DNA of 64,000 nt from Candidatus Atabeyarchaeum deiterrae (GTDB lineage: Archaea; Asgardarchaeota; Atabeyarchaeia; Atabeyarchaeales; Atabeyarchaeaceae), in assembly GCA_037310415.1 (NCBI GenBank), contig CP147780.1, positions 960,001 through 1,024,000 of the forward strand, given 5' to 3'. How positions within the stretch are numbered: the first letter of the stretch is position 1; each line of letters begins with the position of its first letter. This document shows, in pieces, positions 61,920 to 64,000 of the stretch. The position numbers and the translations under genes were made by a program. Under the pieces are notes generated by a model that saw only the letters and a program-made list of their open reading frames with translations, made no database searches and was not told where the DNA came from.

Positions 61920-63101
61920 TCACCTCCCCCCTGATTCTTGTCGGTCTTCTAGGGCTGCCACTTCGCACGGTATCCTAGCGAGGATCCTGGATGCCCGAAA
62001 AGCTTCTCCTACAATACCTAACTCGTTTTGCTCGTTGGTCAGAGTTAGATCTCCTGGACCAAATGCTACGACATCCTTTGCGAAACCAGTTGATTTCAAT
62101 TCCCTAGCTGAGATGGGAAAAGGTAGCCATTCAAAGATAGGATCAAACCCCGTTGACTTGAGAAATGCCTGAGACAGGGCAGCAACGATGGGGGAATGAG
62201 AATCTTCCCGGAATGGTTCTTCTTCGAATATTTCTTCGATGGATGTTTCGCACCCACTCCCCTTCGTAACTTCAACCACAACACTTGACAACTTGTCCTT
62301 AAAGTCGGTGTGCGAGAACTCTGGAGGAGTTGACGCGTAATACTCAATCTCAACAGGAATAGACTCTCCAATTATCGCGGGGTCGGTCGCCTTGATATGT
62401 GTGGGTGTCATCGTTGGATACCCGAGGAGGAATCTTGAAAGAATCAGGGGGGGCGCTTCACCCACCTCGACTGGATATATGCTGTGCTTCGGTCTCATTA
62501 TTTCATTCAAGTTCTCGCCAAATCTCATGAGTGCGTTCCAGGGGTTCTGGCCGAGCCACGGAAAAGCAGGGTGGTGTAGTTTGCCTTTAATGCATAACTT
62601 GAAGACTATGCATCCCTTCTGGACACTGCATGCTCTCAGACCTGTTGACTCCACGACAACGAGATGCGTTCCAAATATCGTGTTACCATAATCGCCTGCT
62701 GACGCTCCCTTGACAGGATCTACAGTATGTCTTTGATACTTGCGTTTCTCTGCCTCATCTCCCAAGATGACCAAGAACACGTCAGTCTGCGGGGGGCGGT
62801 CCTCAGATAATGTTTTCAAGGCAAGAGTTGCTGAAGCAATGTTGGCTGCGAGCAAACGTGAGTAAGTCTCGTTGTTGACTTGCCTATCTTCCCCTGAAGA
62901 AGATGCTACTGAGAATGTTTTCCTGGCAGTCACAAGGAAAGCCGTGGAAGGAGAGCGATCATGCCCTCTCACGACAAAATAACTCGCATTGCCGGTGCAT
63001 TTCGCTGGAATTCTCTGAATCCCCTTAAGAGATGAAAGATAGTCGTCAACCAAGAACCTGGCTTCGCCTTTCCCTAACGAATTCAAGATCTCGTGATACA
63101 A
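61920..63101 (-). CDS. M20 (ArgE/DapE)-fold protein with degenerate metal ligands
   Basis: Dimerisation domain KG...F.L.IKGK..H...PW.G.N and C-terminal FGPGD present; HxD, RGxxDxKG and terminal His absent. Frame stays open upstream to about 63161. Confidence 0.75.
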   Translation of the reverse strand: MYHEILNSLGKGEARFLVDDYLSSLKGIQRIPAKCTGNASYFVVRGHDRSPSTAFLVTARKTFSVASSSGEDRQVNNETYSRLLAANIASATLALKTLSEDRPPQTDVFLVILGDEAEKRKYQRHTVDPVKGASAGDYGNTIFGTHLVVVESTGLRACSVQKGCIVFKLCIKGKLHHPAFPWLGQNPWNALMRFGENLNEIMRPKHSIYPVEVGEAPPLILSRFLLGYPTMTPTHIKATDPAIIGESIPVEIEYYASTPPEFSHTDFKDKLSSVVVEVTKGSGCETSIEEIFEEEPFREDSHSPIVAALSQAFLKSTGFDPIFEWLPFPISARELKSTGFAKDVVAFGPGDLTLTNEQNELGIVGEAFRASRILARIPCEVAALEDRQESGGR

Positions 63102-63418
63102 CTTGAGGGTTTCTTCTCTGAACGTCGTATCGGCTACGTCTATTTCGACAGTGCTGATTGTTCAACACTCCCCTTCGAGCATCGTCTTCAATTAAGATGA
63201 GTGAAACCAAACTTATAACGATCGCACGGGTCTGCCACCTTGCTATTCCTCTGAATTGGGTGAATTACAAGAACAACGGGATTCAAACCACTGAGATAGA
63301 TTGAGTCGCAGGATTGTGCTCTTTGTATAGCTAAAGCTCCCCAAAAAAGTTAAATACCGCTCTACTCATCAATTATCTTCGCTTACTCGGATCAGAAAAC
63401 CTTGGTTGATGAGCTAGA

Positions 63419-63853
63419 ATGCGCAAGTCGCCTCGTGGAGAGTTCGCCGCAAAAAGGATTGTCGAGAAACGAAAGCATTTCAGGTGGCGCAGCGCCAAGT
63501 ACAAGGTTAGAGCACTGCACATCAGAGAAATGACTCCAACAGAGGGCACTCCGCAGGCATCCGGCATCGTCCTAGAAAAAGTAGGACGAGAACCCAGAAA
63601 ACCCAGCTCCGGAGTAAGAAAATGCGTAAGAGTCCAACTCATCAAAAACGGCAAAACCGTCACAGCCTTCATCCCCTACGACGGAGCCCTAGACTACATC
63701 GACGAACACGATGAAGTAATGATCGAAGGCATTGGGGGCAGAAAAGGGGGGTCAATGGGGGATTTGCCGGGCGTGAGGTATCGGGTTATTAAGGTGAATG
63801 GGATTTCGATCCAGGCCTTGTGGTTGGGCAAGAAGGAGAAGCCCATGAAGTAG
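63419..63853 (+). CDS. rps12: Ribosomal protein uS12 (S12/S23), divergent stand-alone copy
   Basis: [34 protein letters not shown]. Confidence 0.95.
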   Translation: MRKSPRGEFAAKRIVEKRKHFRWRSAKYKVRALHIREMTPTEGTPQASGIVLEKVGREPRKPSSGVRKCVRVQLIKNGKTVTAFIPYDGALDYIDEHDEVMIEGIGGRKGGSMGDLPGVRYRVIKVNGISIQALWLGKKEKPMK

Positions 63854-64000
63854 GGTTTCCTTTCTCTCCGTGTTTCTTCTTCTGCTGCTGTTCTCTACTT
63901 TCTGTTTAGTCAGATGGTCTTGATCGTGCATATCGGTTGTCCGTTTTGATGGGTGGTCATGGCGGATGTGAGTCGTTCGTTCTCTTTTATGTTTTTATGG

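Noticed and set aside
63270-63310. tRNA T-arm-like GGTTTGAATCCC on the minus strand
   Set aside because: No acceptor, D or anticodon stems could be built around it.

Overview
Gene-dense archaeal chromosome segment. Archaeal markers include thermosome, CDC48, RtcB, AMP phosphorylase, PoK/PPS, NreA and uS12. A Rab-like GTPase and a Roadblock protein suggest, but do not prove, an Asgard archaeon. Most of the window is housekeeping: two tandem thermosome subunits, carAB, nrdD/nrdH/nrdG, trxB, nadA/nadB, galT and a coenzyme A precursor cluster. An accessory zone lies at about 44-50 kb. Best candidates for new biology: (1) a pantothenate cluster (PoK-PPS-[HPS::RraA/HMG-aldolase fusion]-panE-mfnA) whose only missing step, PanB, is occupied by a fusion that could release formaldehyde and add it to ketoisovalerate; (2) an LpxC-like zinc deacetylase in an archaeon, coupled to a catalytically degenerate M20 protein; (3) a 1.4-kb RHH + free-standing LAGLIDADG-HTH module flanked by bipartite direct repeats; (4) a stand-alone uS12 with an altered PNSA decoding loop; (5) a duplicated 0.9-kb surface-protein cassette, one copy of which truncates a tyrosine integrase; (6) a 42-aa D/E/W micropeptide. 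All assignments come from motif recognition by eye; no searches were run. No rRNA, tRNA or CRISPR array was recognised.
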